This document shows, in pieces, positions 1-12,190 of a stretch of 64,000 nt of DNA. Where the stretch lies: the NCBI RefSeq assembly GCF_009834535.1, contig NC_045697.1:70682001-70746000 (forward strand). Direction: 5' to 3'. Below the pieces are notes generated by a model. It was given only the letters and a program-made list of their open reading frames with translations, searched no databases and was not told where the DNA came from. The translations under genes and the position numbers were made by a program. Numbering within the stretch: the first letter of the stretch is position 1; every line of letters begins with the position of its first letter. Origin of the DNA: Camelus ferus (Eukaryota).

Positions 1-1899
1 GTAATCGATGTGTCTTGAATTTCCATAATTTTACATTTTATTCTAGTTGGGGTGAGGATTAGTCAGATCTAAATGATTCAGGATTACCTGATGAATGGTG
101 CATGGAATAATAGGATACCAGTATTTTCTTGTGAGTAAGACACAGCAATGATTCAACACTTGCGTTCAGATAATCACTCCATTCTTTTGTGATCTGGGCA
201 ATTGATATAAACCAAAGACAGGCACAATAGTAAGACAGTGGTCAACTTCATAAAGCAAATCAAATAAGTTCAGACCACCAAGAGAGTATCCCAAAATGAC
301 ACTCACAACTTCTCTATGACCCAGGTCAAGGATAAAAATTACTATTGTCCTCAAGTCACTGAAAACAAAGCTAAGAATGCCTTGGGTATTTCCAACTCTG
401 TTGACTTTTGAAGAAATACAGTTCTCCAAATTAAAGCCAAGAGTTAGTTAGTAAGACATCACTGAGGGGAAATCCATCAATTATACATTGTCCTTACTTC
501 CAAGAGATTTATATTCAGTCAGGTTGTAATCGACCCTAATAACAGGTTTTTAAATTGTTGGCAGCATTGTCATATTTCTTTCTTCCACTTTACAAATCTA
601 TAGAGTTTTAAACTTTAATTGTCATAAAACTTGCACTCAACAAATGAGGCTGTCAGAAAATGAAAAAGGAAGAAAAGAAAAAAAAAGTTTATTTATTCAT
701 ATAGTTCAATTATCCTAATCCCACTAATGCAATTACCATGAAAAATCTTTAAATTAGTTAATTCTGTGCATCTAAAAAGGTGATTCTCTACTTTTTAAAA
801 TGGGATTTGCAGGGAAAGAGGTAAGTGGGGGATGTTTCATTGTTGGACAGAGGAGTTGTCACAATAGCCTTGAGTTGACAGATTCAGGAGTGGCCTGTTC
901 CCTAGGGACAGTGTGCAAGAGTTCAGCGTTTAGGTCCTCACACTTGCTGAATGCTCTAGGAGAATGATTTCACAATTCCTACCACAAAAAATTATTTCTT
1001 TTCCTACTTCAGTTAAAAATAAGTTCAATGTGTGATACAAATAATTTTCTGTGTTTCGTGTGTGTGATTTTTGTAACTCTAGCATAATTTCAACACTTGG
1101 TGACTTGAATGTGTAGCAGCCATAAAAAATATGTAAAGGTGTATGACTAAGAGAGCAATGATGGACTGGTTAAAAGTTAAAAGTCCAGCCAGTAAGGAAG
1201 AACCTTCAAATTTAAGAAATGCATTCCTCTTCATCAGTTGATTCTGCAAGTTAAATGCTAGCTTATACAAACTAATAACCACATTTTAATAATGATTTAT
1301 AGTTTCTAAAATAGATTTCCTGATTATCGTGTATCGCCAATACTGTGTCAGCAATGATCATTTTTCCCATTTTTAGATAAAGAAACTGAGTGTAACAAGC
1401 ATTTAGTGTCTTGGCCAACTTCAACATACTAGATCCAAAGTTGGTTCTCATGTTAAGACCAAGGTTCCTTCTACTAACATAGTCCATCTCTCAGATTAAG
1501 CAATGCTCAATCCTTTAAGATAGGAAATAATATTCAAAGATGTTGATGATTCTCAGACCAAAAAAATTAGAGTTCTCATTAAACACAAATACAATTTTGC
1601 TTATTGATTTGAGTGATTAGTTTATACAGTGCATTAAATAACATATACATCAGTCTGTGTATGCCAAATTATGCCTGTATAAATTGTGGCTGAGAACATA
1701 ACTAGGCAAACATATTTCTAGTATCCTATATCAATTCTATTGTGAAAATTTTTCATGTGCTGGTTTTTCTCTTTGTGAGAATCAACATAATTATTTAAAT
1801 ATTTGCTGATTTTAGATTGGAATCAATTTGGTGATAAAATCGCTTACCTAAGGAATGGGATGTAATAAACTGTGGGACTCTGAGTTCCAAAACTCAGTG

Positions 1900-2105
1900 A
1901 AACTTACAGAGTTGCCATACGCTGGACACTATTCTAGGTATTTATGTATATTACCTTACATGATCCTCCCAATGTCCCTGTGAGATAAGATGATACTCAT
2001 TTCTACTTTACAGCTGAGAAAGCTGAAGGTTAAGTAATTTGCTCAAGTTCACACAGATAGTAAGTGGCAGAGCTGGAATTTGAACCCAGACAGTCTGGCT
2101 CCAGA
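1900..2105 (-). mobile_element. MIR SINE
   Basis: MIR core in reverse: TTTACAGCTGAGAAAGCTGAAGGTTAAGTAATTTGCTCAAGTTCACACAGATAGTAAGTGGCAGAGCTGGAATTTGAACCCAGACAGTCTGGCTCCAGA. Confidence 0.9.
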
Positions 2106-3124
2106 AGAATTATAAATGTGACACTAAGTAATTAATTCACTAATAGTTATTTCCTCTTTGCTTCTTGCTGTTTCCTCTAAATCCCATATTAGTTGCATTT
2201 ACATTTATTTTAGAGCCAAGCACATTTTTTTCCCTAACAACATAATAATGGGTAAGTAGGGAAATGCCTAAAATTCTTTTCAACCCTTCCTTTAATAATT
2301 AATTGAATCCAGGATATTAAGAGGCTAATGATCACTGAGTAGAAATTCATTCATGGCACTGTGGTCTTAGTTTGCAGTTTAAAGGTGCTGAAGGTGCCAG
2401 GAGAGGCAGCAGTGCTTCTAAATTAGTCAAGTGGGCAGTCTCTACTCTTACTCTTTTCCACCAGGAAGACTCAACTTACTGCAGTTTCACTACATTGGAA
2501 AGTGGCAAGCTATAAGGGAAGATTTTGAAGAACAATATTCTCTAGTTTGATATTAAGCCATATCACTCTAGGATAACTTTATACCATCTCCAAATCTCAG
2601 TGTCCTAATTAGTAGAATGGGAATGACAGAGTTGGCCTTGAAACATTTTGATAGAAGTAACGTTGAAGTGCCAGGCACGACAAATGGTGGATGTCAGCAG
2701 ACGCTGTGACAATACTTATCTGGGAGATGTAGACCAGACCCAACTGTGATCTCCATTCTCTGGTTTTTGACACAGCTAGTTTAGGTTTAGGCCAGAAAAT
2801 GAGTGATTAACAGAATAAAAAACAGTTTACATGTCAGATGAGCAGTACGCTCAGAATAAAATCAACAATATTGACATTTTTGACTACTAACCTCACAATA
2901 TAATTCATTACTGACTCCATACAAACAGACTAATGATGGCCTTAGAACAGGACCTGTGTGGAATATTATTGAACTTATTCAACAAAAGCTTTCAAGATTT
3001 TTTTTTTTTTTTTAGGTGAAGGGGAAGAAAGGTAGTGAATATCAGAGTGTCAGAGAAACTCTGGTAGAACATATATACATTATCACCCTAACCAAAATGT
3101 TCCCATCAAGAAAAATAATAAATC

Positions 3125-3530
3125 CTGGATGTTTCAAAACAGCAGAGCCTGAGACAAAGGTTTGTATGCGGACAGTCTGTAAAGGAAAGTGATCTAAGGA
3201 AAAGGAGTAGAGGACTAAAATAGTGGAACTAGAACAGCAATAGAAGAGGAAAGCATTTATTCACCGGCCCCATTCTTCTTTTGGGCAAAGGCTGTCTCCT
3301 AGAGTGCTAAGGCAGCTGCACTTCTAGCTCAGACACATACCAGTGCCAGGCAGGGTTCTGCAGGTGAAACATGCCTTAGTATCAGAACAACAGCAGACAG
3401 GAAAGCAAGAGATACACGTTCTCATGAGACAAGATACTGTCAGGTGACACCTGACAGGTTGCCATAGCAATGGTTGGACCAAACATGTCCAGAGAGGATG
3501 TAGGAAAAGGCACAACAGGTGTCTAATACT
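3125..3530 (-). mobile_element. Ancient ERVL-class solo LTR (LTR16/LTR33-like)
   Basis: AGCAGAGCCTGAGACAAAGG...GTGATCTAAGGAA resembles the reverse-complemented 3' end of these LTRs. Subfamily and left-to-right extent are uncertain. Confidence 0.55.
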
Positions 3531-3665
3531 CATATGGTGGCTACTTCTATTCAGAGATTAGTTATGATTATCTTTACCGTTACAGCATTCTGCAAGACAC
3601 AAAACCTCTATTCAAGTTTAGAGCATTATTATTTTTATAGTTGCTGAAATTTGGGAATCATATAG

Positions 3666-3909
3666 TGTATAATTAAAGACAAAAATATCTTGGATGAACA
3701 ACAAAGCTGGGACACAATTTGACCCATTCTTCCAAATCCAGACTTTGGTCGGAGGAAGTGACATAGTAATGACTTTCACAAGCAGAAAAGTACTGCATCT
3801 GAGCACATTTCCAATCACAGAATCCAAGTTTCCTGTTTTAGGAGGTTTTAGATTCTTACATTCCAGCCAGTGGTATCCTGACACTATACCACTGGCAGTT
3901 TTGCCCATG
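3666..3909 (+). repeat. Dispersed direct duplication, copy 1 (in EMCN intron 1)
   Basis: Ungapped manual alignment to 16446-16689 (offset 12,780) gives 13 mismatches in 244 bp. Confidence 0.97.
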
Positions 3910-5199
3910 TTTTTAATTGACACCACTGTTTCCCATGCTACTGATGATTTTGTGTGCAACAGGACAAAAAGGATCTTATTTGCTAACTAAAAGAGCTTCT
4001 TTTAACACCAAAAAGGCATTATTATCTTAACCTAATAAAGCTATAATGACCCACAGGAATTCAGTAACAGGAAAGGAGACACTTACTACACAGGAACTGA
4101 ATGGAATGTCGCTTAGAGTAAATTCCTGCTTTGACATTCAATGTTCAGAAAGAAGCATCTCAAATTTCTCAAAGGTAAAGAGGAAATTGGAAAGGGTGAC
4201 TAAGAAAAAAAAGAGTATAAACAACATGAGTTAGATAATTACTCACAAGTTAAAATATTTATCTGAAGCTTGAAATATAATTTCCTCAAAAATAAGGAAA
4301 AGATGGGCAATTATTCAGTAAGTTAGAAGCTTTTTGAAACCTTCAAATATTCTTTTTTTCCTCAGTATTTGAATAATTACAATCAGCAAGATAAAACTGC
4401 CAGACAACTTGCTGGTGACAACTGTTATGAATCTCTTGAAAATAAGAATATTAGAATGATCACTTATACTTTTAGGTAGAGATCATTGAAGGAAAAAAAG
4501 AAAAGAGTAGTGAAAAAAGCATACTAAACAAATGGCTTGGAGACTGAATACTCTTCCATAGAATTTGCTTCCATATTGGTTCACTCTTCCTATATAATAC
4601 ATCACCCATTTCATATAAGACCAGTTGATAGTGATTAAGCTAAGCAGAAGTAATAAGTAAGATAACACATGAATTAATGATGTACAATATTTAATTTTCT
4701 TCCAAATTTTCTTTGGTGAACTTTGCTTTTTTTTTTAAAAAAAGCCAGTTTGTATTTTTGAGAAGTTGGTTAGGAATAAGGTTTCTCCTTGAATATTTAT
4801 AACCATAAGAAGATATTACATAAAGTATTTGATACCCAAAAGGAGAAGTAGAGTCAATCATATTTAGATATCCTTCCTCCTAGTGATTATAGTCAGAGCA
4901 GTTCATTCTTCCAGGTTTGCTGTAAATTACTGTCACCTGGCACTAGGTTATCCACCTATCCCTGTCGTCTTCTCTTCTGCTGGAGTTTGGGAATTGATTT
5001 ACTTTGATAAGAGCCCCCTTTTTTTATATTTGTTGCTCACTTTCATAGCCAGGAACCAAAATAATCCACCTGTTTGCACATTATGTTCTGTGATTCATGC
5101 TTGTCCATAAGCTTTTTACAAGGACAAGGTAGTAAACTGGTAAGTGATGACTATAGGAAAAAATTAAAAAATGAAAAAACATTAAGACAACTACTGTAT

Positions 5200-6190
5200 C
5201 ATTCATTTTTGCATTCATTCAGATAATTGTATCCTTATTATGTGTTTAGAACTGTTAATGGACAAACTATAATGAATATGACCCTGACTTTCAAGGTACT
5301 TACAGTCTGGTAAAGGAGATCAGATATGCACACAGATAACTATGATAAGGTTGGAAAGTAAGTGCCATGAGAGAGTTATAAAGATGGGCATCCAGAAGAG
5401 AAATAAACTGTTTCTCTATGTTATTAAATCTCCCAGCGGGCAGGATGAGACTAAAATACTCTTGGGAGACAAGCATAAAGACCATTCAACCCCTCACCAT
5501 CATCTGCAGCTCCAGGGGCATTCCAACCACCCAGCAGACAATTTTAATTTACCACTGGACATCTCTATTGAGTATCTTATTAGGATTTCACGCTCATTAT
5601 GTTCAAAATCAAATTCATCATTTTCTCCCTAAACCATCTCCTCTTATCTTTTCCAATTTCTCCTCCCAGTCCATTTCCCTATTTCTGTTATTCTTATGCT
5701 CAAACACACTTAGAGACTCTAAACTAATTAGCTATATGAGTCAATATGTCTCATTCCAGGATTCAACATATCTGAGGGCTGTATTTCCCAACACTCTGGT
5801 CACTCTGTCCAATCTGTGACCTCCCTACATCTTTATACTAGAACATACTGACTGATGTTTTAATGTTCCTACTCAAGAAATTTCATCCATCTAGAATCTC
5901 CTGTTTTTTAAGTTTCAAAGTTTATTATAATTTCCACTTTCATATGAAGGCTTTTCTGATGTCCCTATACTCAAAACTAAGCTAGTTGTGAATTCTCCAT
6001 AGCAGTCTTTATTTACCACTTAAGGCTTACAATAGAATCAAATTTGTAATGATTTGGCTTATCCTCCTGTCACCCCCTCTTCTAGGGCAAAAGCTGAGTC
6101 ACTGATGTCTATAAACCTACAGTGTTTAGCATAATGTCTGTCTTATAACTGTGTTTAATCCATTTTTTACCCCATGAAATTGAATGTTCA
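5200..6190. mobile_element. L2 LINE fragments (minus about 5200-5410; plus about 5490-6190)
   Basis: ATTCATT-type 3' end, GACCCTGACTTTCAAGG...ACAGTCTGG, and CTGGACATCTC...ATGTTCAAAATCAAATTCATCATTTTCTCCC are typical L2 motifs. Confidence 0.7.
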
Positions 6191-8952
6191 ATCACTAACA
6201 AATGAATTTCTACAAGCAATTAAATTCTTCTTCAGAGACCAATAAAGTGATGTTTGTTCCAGCTTGCAAATGCCTAAAACATTTTAATCCTTCCTAAATT
6301 AATGTAAAGTTCAAAAAAGCAAATGGCACTTGAAAAGTAAATTGCTTCCAGAGCCTCCTTTTTCTTGGAATCCTTCTTCATTTAATTTTACTCAGTCCTG
6401 ACAGTGAAAAGCTCATCGATCTAGACTTAAAAGCCAAAGGAGCTTAAAAGCCACTGTAGGGGTCTGTTCAGTTTTCAGTACAATTTAGAAAATCTTGGGA
6501 AAGAATGACAGTTCCTTTTCAGGAACCTTCCATACATATTTCAATAGAACAGCTTTCCAAATTGGAGACTGTAAAATATTATACCACCAACCAAGTAATA
6601 GAAAGTCACTCACTGTCATGTAGAAAGATTTCCTTGATTTTCACAAAAAGCACAAAAGACTAGATTGTATTTATTTAAATCTGAGACTGACAAAAAAGTC
6701 AGAAAGAAAAAAAAGTAGTCAATTTCTTTAAAAGATTATTATTTAGGAATAAATTACTATGCAAAAAAGCATGGATCTTCTTGACAACTTGTGAATTTAA
6801 GGCAGATGAACTGCCTCCCTCTGTACCCCTATAATCAACTCTGCTGATGAAATATGTTAAGCATTCTAAGCTTGGGGAACATATATAGCTTTGAAATCAA
6901 TGTGTTTCCGGTACAGGGGGTTAGGAAAAGAACTTAATAAATCAGCTTAGGAAATGTTTCATTTCCTGTGCCGTATCTGGGGAGGAAAACATAAAACAGG
7001 CAGAGCCAGGGGCAACAAAATCAAACACACGGATGGGAAAATCTCTTACAGGTCCTTCTAGGCACCCCTTAGATGGTCAATTTATGCTCCTGAGCTAGAG
7101 CTTCTATTTCTAGGATAAATAAGGTAGATTTTACAGACACTTGCCTTAAATTAACAAAGCCTTGTTGGCAGAGGGTAAAGGCGATAGTCATTATGTAACA
7201 GTTGTCTCTGCTCACATGAGAAATTATCTTACTTGGGTGAATAGTTCATTAGAAAGAAGACACCAGTAACAGAGAGACTGGGCTCATTACCAGTGATCTA
7301 AAGGACACTGGTATTTTCCCAAAACAACCGTAAGAGAAAAATCTACCAGGTCCTTTCTGGGTTATCCTTTACATTTTCATCTTCCTTATGGCCAGATTTT
7401 GCAGGCTGCTTCTATTGATTCTATCCCACTTTGCTTTCAGGAAGGACATGTCATCCATTCAGAGTTTAACACTGCCCGGGAAAGTAGTGTACTTAATGAT
7501 GCTTGCAGACCTGGGATGGGGAGCCACTGAACCCAGACGTTCAGAATTCATATGGACCTGACACACGTTTATGAACAGTGTTTCTCACAGCATCGGGAGC
7601 CTATCAATCTCTCCCATGCATACTGTAGAGTTACTTACAAGCTAGTGCATTGATTTCTGTGTCACTTCATAAATATTATTTATTTTAAAAAATCGTAACT
7701 TAGTAACTCATCTAAATTTCCTGGGCTTGATACCCACTGCAACTTAATGCTGGCAACTCCCAGATGGATGGTAAGCAAATGTGTGTGATTTTGAAGTGTT
7801 TGGGAATCTGTCCTAAATTTATGTACACATTTTGAGAAATTAATGATAAATATTTTTCAAGGGTTGTGCTTATTTTTTCCTACGTAATCACTGTAAATTG
7901 AATTTTGTATGCAGTAAACTTTTGTAAAGAACACATGCAAAATAAAATTAGAACTGAGTTTTTTCCCCAGGGCTCCTCACAGGCAGAATCAATGTGTCCC
8001 AACTGTGTTCTTTTATGATAGTGTGTACTTTGGTTTTCACACTTATTAAATTGGTCTTATATTAGAATTACACAGTTATTTCTCCCAATAGTACATTTAT
8101 CACTGTGGGCAAGGACAATGTCTTATTCTTTTTTTTTATTCCTTGTACATGGAGGGAGCATAATAAATATTGATTAAATTTAATTGCTCACAGTAAACCC
8201 CTCTCGAAGGGTTAAAAGTCATATGTAATCATTTCTTGCTACTGGTCATTAATATAGTCAGGGCTTAGGTAGGTGCGTGTATATCCTTTACCTAAGTTTC
8301 AGAACCTGCCGTCAACGGGTAGGGTTTTTATGTCTATAAATTCACTGAAATGTTATGCAAAATGTTGTACATATATGTGTAGGTATGTGCTCATTTCTAA
8401 GCAAGCATCTATAAACCTTAATCAAATGACTTTCCTCTTTTCTCACTCTGCTCCTTCAAGATATTAAGATTCACTTCCCTAGGCAGCCTTCTCCAACTTC
8501 TCAGTTTATTAGAGCCAAAAGATAATTGGGACAAATACAGGCCAGCATTTGAAATGCAGTATTTCTGATTACAGCCTTTCACCCATACGTGACGATCTTG
8601 TTACTTCTAGACTTATGTCTGAAAAGAGCACATTTTTGAGAAATAGTATGTTTTCAGCCAGCATTTTCTCCCTAGATTTTTATTCTCCAAGAAGGCTAGT
8701 GTATAATCCCAGTGCCTTTCTGATGCCATGGAACACACTTCACGGCCACTGCAACACCAAACATTTTCCTTCAGTGAAACAAGCATCCTCTCTGTGGAGC
8801 CTTCTCCACGACTCCCACTCATCATCCACACACTCGACTCAGCAAATGAGCTGCTGCATCTACGTTCCCGGGGAAGTTCCCTGGAGGTAAACTGAGGCTC
8901 AGAGCTCCCCTACTAGTATCCACACCAACAGAGCAATAAGAGAAAACAGTAC

Positions 8953-9022
8953 CTGTTTTGTCCTCACTGTTACAAAGACTGGACAGAAGAAGACAAAGGA
9001 TGGTCACTTGAAGCCGTTTCAT
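8953..9022 (-). CDS. EMCN: Endomucin, first coding exon (signal peptide); 70 nt, phase-1 donor; remaining exons lie beyond the left edge of the window
   Basis: Minus strand reads GCACC-ATG AAA CGG CTT CAA GTG ACC ATC CTT TGT CTT CTT CTG TCC AGT CTT TGT AAC AGT GAG GAC AAA ACA G|gtactg = MKRLQVTILCLLLSSLCNSEDKT(G). Kozak-like start, hydrophobic signal peptide and GT donor at 8952-8951 are seen directly. It closely resembles the human EMCN N-terminus MELLQVTILFLLPSICSSNSTG (recalled). Confidence 0.93.
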
Positions 9023-9201
9023 GGTGCCTGTGGATGGTCACCGTGGCTCCTCTCTCCCGAGTCAGGCAGGGACAACTCCCTCCTGGCCTGGCAGGTCCTT
9101 CTTAGCAAATGGAAAAGGTGTGCTGCATGTGAACAGCCACTGCCCATTCCTACTTATTGCAGGGGCTCTGATAAAGAACGGGAGGAAATGCACACATTCC
9201 C
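9023..9201 (-). other. EMCN: EMCN 5'UTR part of exon 1 (upper bound; true TSS may be closer to the ATG)
   Basis: Minus strand GGGAATGTGTGCATTTCCTCCCGTTCTTTATCAGAGCCCC...TTTTCCATTTGCTAA...TGTCCCTGCCTG...GCACC resembles the human EMCN mRNA leader as I recall it. The TSS cannot be fixed from sequence alone. Confidence 0.7.
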
Positions 9202-9330
9202 TTTGGGAGTTCAGCAGAGAGGAGATTTATTGTTTCAGTCCCTTACAGGAACTTTTTTTTTTTTTTCTCTCTTCCTTTGGCAGCCACTTGTGTTTTTGTT
9301 ACTACATTATTTTGTTCTTCTTCAACAAAA
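9100..9330 (-). promoter_or_regulatory. EMCN: EMCN proximal promoter (TATA-less, non-CpG-island) with GATA and ETS motifs
   Basis: GATA motif TGATAA at 9169-9174 lies beside ETS core AGGAAAT at 9183-9189, and ACAGGAA occurs near 9245. The region is immediately upstream of exon 1. GATA and ETS factors are established endothelial regulators. Confidence 0.65.
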
Positions 9331-10798
9331 AGGTCAGGACGGGTTTTGAACAGAAAGAGATCTTTCTTGGGAACGGGTCATACAGGCTTTCTAACTTTTG
9401 TTTTGAAAGTGTGTTTTTGAGTGATTATCAAGGGGCCTCATTAAACAGCGACTGGGTTTGGATAAAGAGGCTTTAGCTGCCTGAGGGTTAAATTTTAGAG
9501 CAGAATCCACAAGGAATCCACTTTTCTTCTCTCTTTCCAACTTGAAAGCCCAGATTGGGAAAGACTACCTTTCTGGAGAAAAGTGCAAAAAACACAGATT
9601 ACACTCTGACTTGGGTAAGTGAGAGACTTCTGACAGGTGGTCAGGGGGATTTTTCAGGCTATTTCTGATAGAATTGAGCAGTGATGTGTGAATGTCCACT
9701 GGTCGTTCCTGGTCTTATTGTTGGAACTTGATGAAGAAAAAGGAAAAATTACTTATAAAACCCCGTGGATACTCTTCTCTAGGAAATGTGATTTGAACAG
9801 CACTGGGGTAACCAGTGAGGTCAGGAGAGATGGAGTCTTCAGACCAGAATGCCAATCAGGCAAGATACTGTGTGTATCAGAGGCCTCTTTGATGTCAGAA
9901 ACAATTGATTAGAACATGATGATGATGCCGCCATAGTCTCAGCTAAAATCTCTGTGTATGCCGAGTAATTCTATACTTTTCCTCAGCCACAGGCTGCTCA
10001 TCTAATCTCAGCCAATCAACCTGTCATGCATCTTTAGGCATGAAACCTCCAGGACAAATGGGTGTCGATGGATCAGTATAGATTCATCTGCTCCACCAAG
10101 AAAATTATTCCAAAATTATACCTTTACCTATTCATAAGGAGGACGCACATTTCACTGCTGCACGGTGCTGGGAAGGACCCATTATAAGGGTGGTTAGACC
10201 AAGTCAACTGATCAAAACACTAGCTTCTTTCATCCTAAGTTATACCAAGTTTCAGAAGAGCCTCCAAGTTTCTATTGTGTGTATACAACTTAATTTTACC
10301 CTTGTTTCTAATTAATTTTCTAAAACAGACAGCCTTTGGAGTTGTTACTTTATTTGGCATATCCTGGAGAGTATAAAGATAGCAATGTATGTGAATAGAT
10401 GTCACATGTACTTTCCAGAAATAAATTGGGGTGTGGCCATGAACTCACAGTGGAACACTCGCATGGCCACACTTCCTGCTCCTTGTTCTGCTTTAACTCT
10501 GGAGTTTTCAACACATATGGTTACCACTGATGTTGGTCACAATCACTGCTGAAGGGATTCCATAGCATTTTGACTTCTTTGATTTTCATGGCTGACTGCT
10601 AAACATTTATGAGAAAAACTAGATTCCTATTCCAAGAAGGCTTGATGGTAGAATATGATGTCTATTTAAAGGATAAGACTTGTAGATGAAAAAATAAAAA
10701 ACAAAATCTAAGAAATGCATTTTTAAATGGCTAGGCAAAAAAAAACAAAGGGAAAAATAGAAGTAATACGATGGATCAGCTTTGTCTTAATAGATCAG

Positions 10799-10975
10799 GT
10801 TTTTTTTAATTGACATATATTCAGTTACAATCTATTGATTTCTGATGTACAGCATAATGTCCAGTCATAGAGATATATACATATATTCATTTTCATATTC
10901 TTTTTCATTAAATGTTATTGCAAGATATTGAATATAGTTCCCTGTGCTATACAGAAGAAATTTGTTTTTTATCTA
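10799..10975 (-). mobile_element. 5'-truncated LINE-1 3' end (younger, lineage-specific family)
   Basis: Poly-T head followed by ...AAGATATTGAATATAGTTCCCTGTGCTATACAGAAGAAATT. It is the reverse complement of the same type of L1 3'UTR seen at 55040-55185. Confidence 0.88.
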
Positions 10976-11009
10976 AGAAGGTATTTTTAAGGTAAAAATA
11001 ATTCATTGA

Positions 11010-12190
11010 AACAGAGGTGATTACCAGAAGAGACAGACAGATCAATGACATAAAACGGAAAGTACGGACAGAAATATATACAGCTGTCTACATATTTACA
11101 TAGATGTATTTCCAGATATGTTTGTGTATTAGACGTGTGTGTGTAGAGAGATTAGATATAGGTGAATTTAACATATAGCAAATATGATGAGTAGGATACG
11201 TTCTTTAATAAATGAGTTTTGACAAGTTATTAATAATCTTTTAAGAATTAAAGTTAGGTATCTATTTTACTTCAAATACCAAAATAAATTTCTTACATGT
11301 TAAAAGAGAACGTGGGTGACTATCTGCATATAACTGGGGTGGAGAGTACACTTTATGCATGACAGCAAAAGCACAGTACATAAAAGAAAGACTTGATCTG
11401 TTTTCTTACATAAAAATTAAAAGATTTTTGACTCAACACACCATACAATGAAAAGGCAAGTTGAAAAACAATACATAATAAAGATTTGATATCCTTAATA
11501 TGTAATGACCTCTTGACCAACAATAAAACAATGACTCTGCAACTGAATAATGGACAAAATAAGTCATCAAAGAAGAGACAGAAGGCCAATAAAATGGAAG
11601 AGTATATTTATCTCAGAAGAAATCAAAGAAATGGATATTCAATAATTGAGATAACAGTTTTTGTCTTTCAAATATAATTAGGTATATTTTCTGACAATAC
11701 CCAATTTTGATGAATGTTCAAAGAAAGTTACTGTCTTATTCTTGGTGTATGTATAACCTTTCTGAGGTGTGACTTGGCTGTATACATCAAAGTTATTGAT
11801 ACATCAAAGCAATGTATGTCTAAGTTAAAGAACCATACTCTGAACTTGCAATAATATGTTTAGGAACTTATTCTGAAAATGAAGGTGCTCGTTAAAGTTT
11901 ATGTTATTACACACATTTGTCAACAACATTAATTATTGGGGAATAAGATGCAATATTCTGCCACAAAATAGTATTAGAGAAATTTTTATAGATGTGGAAA
12001 TATATTCATGATATTTCTTTGCATGTACATATGTATTTAAATGCACATATGCATATATATATATATATATATATATGTTTGAATATATACATACATATAA
12101 AATAGAAAATGTTAACAATGCTTATCTCCAGGTAGTGAATTATAGATGGTGTGTATCTTATATTTGTTTATTTTTCTTACAAAGATTTCA
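11010..12190 (+). mobile_element. Ancient degraded L1M (ORF2 end and 3'UTR)
   Basis: ACATAAAAATTAAAAGATTTT, AATGGACAAAA and ATGTTAACAATGCTTATCTCCAGGTAGTGAATTATAGATG are L1M-like blocks in colinear order. Confidence 0.7.
12053..12076. repeat. (AT)12 microsatellite
   Basis: Direct reading. Confidence 0.95.

Larger units (their letters stand above)
1..8952 (-). other. EMCN: EMCN intron 1 (partial)
   Basis: Starts at the GT donor after exon 1. No Ser/Thr-rich mucin exon with compatible phase was found in 1-8952. Confidence 0.8.

Noticed and set aside
88..222. Possible EMCN exon 2 on the minus strand (CCCAG|ATCACAAAA...TCAG|GTAATC)
   Set aside because: Joined to the phase-1 exon 1 it reads DHKRME then stop. 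The open frame is not Ser/Thr-rich mucin sequence and has the wrong phase.
3694..3990. 98-aa plus-strand ORF over duplication copy 1
   Set aside because: The same frame hits TGA in copy 2 (about 16651), and there is no recognisable homology.
8822..8952. ORF-track extension of the EMCN ORF (TVFSYCSVG...RVCG)
   Set aside because: Read-through into intron 1 past the GT donor at 8952.
9008..9476. Plus-strand ORFs of 113 and 151 aa over the promoter
   Set aside because: Antisense to EMCN exon 1, non-ATG start or low-complexity Phe runs from T-tracts, and no protein family resemblance.
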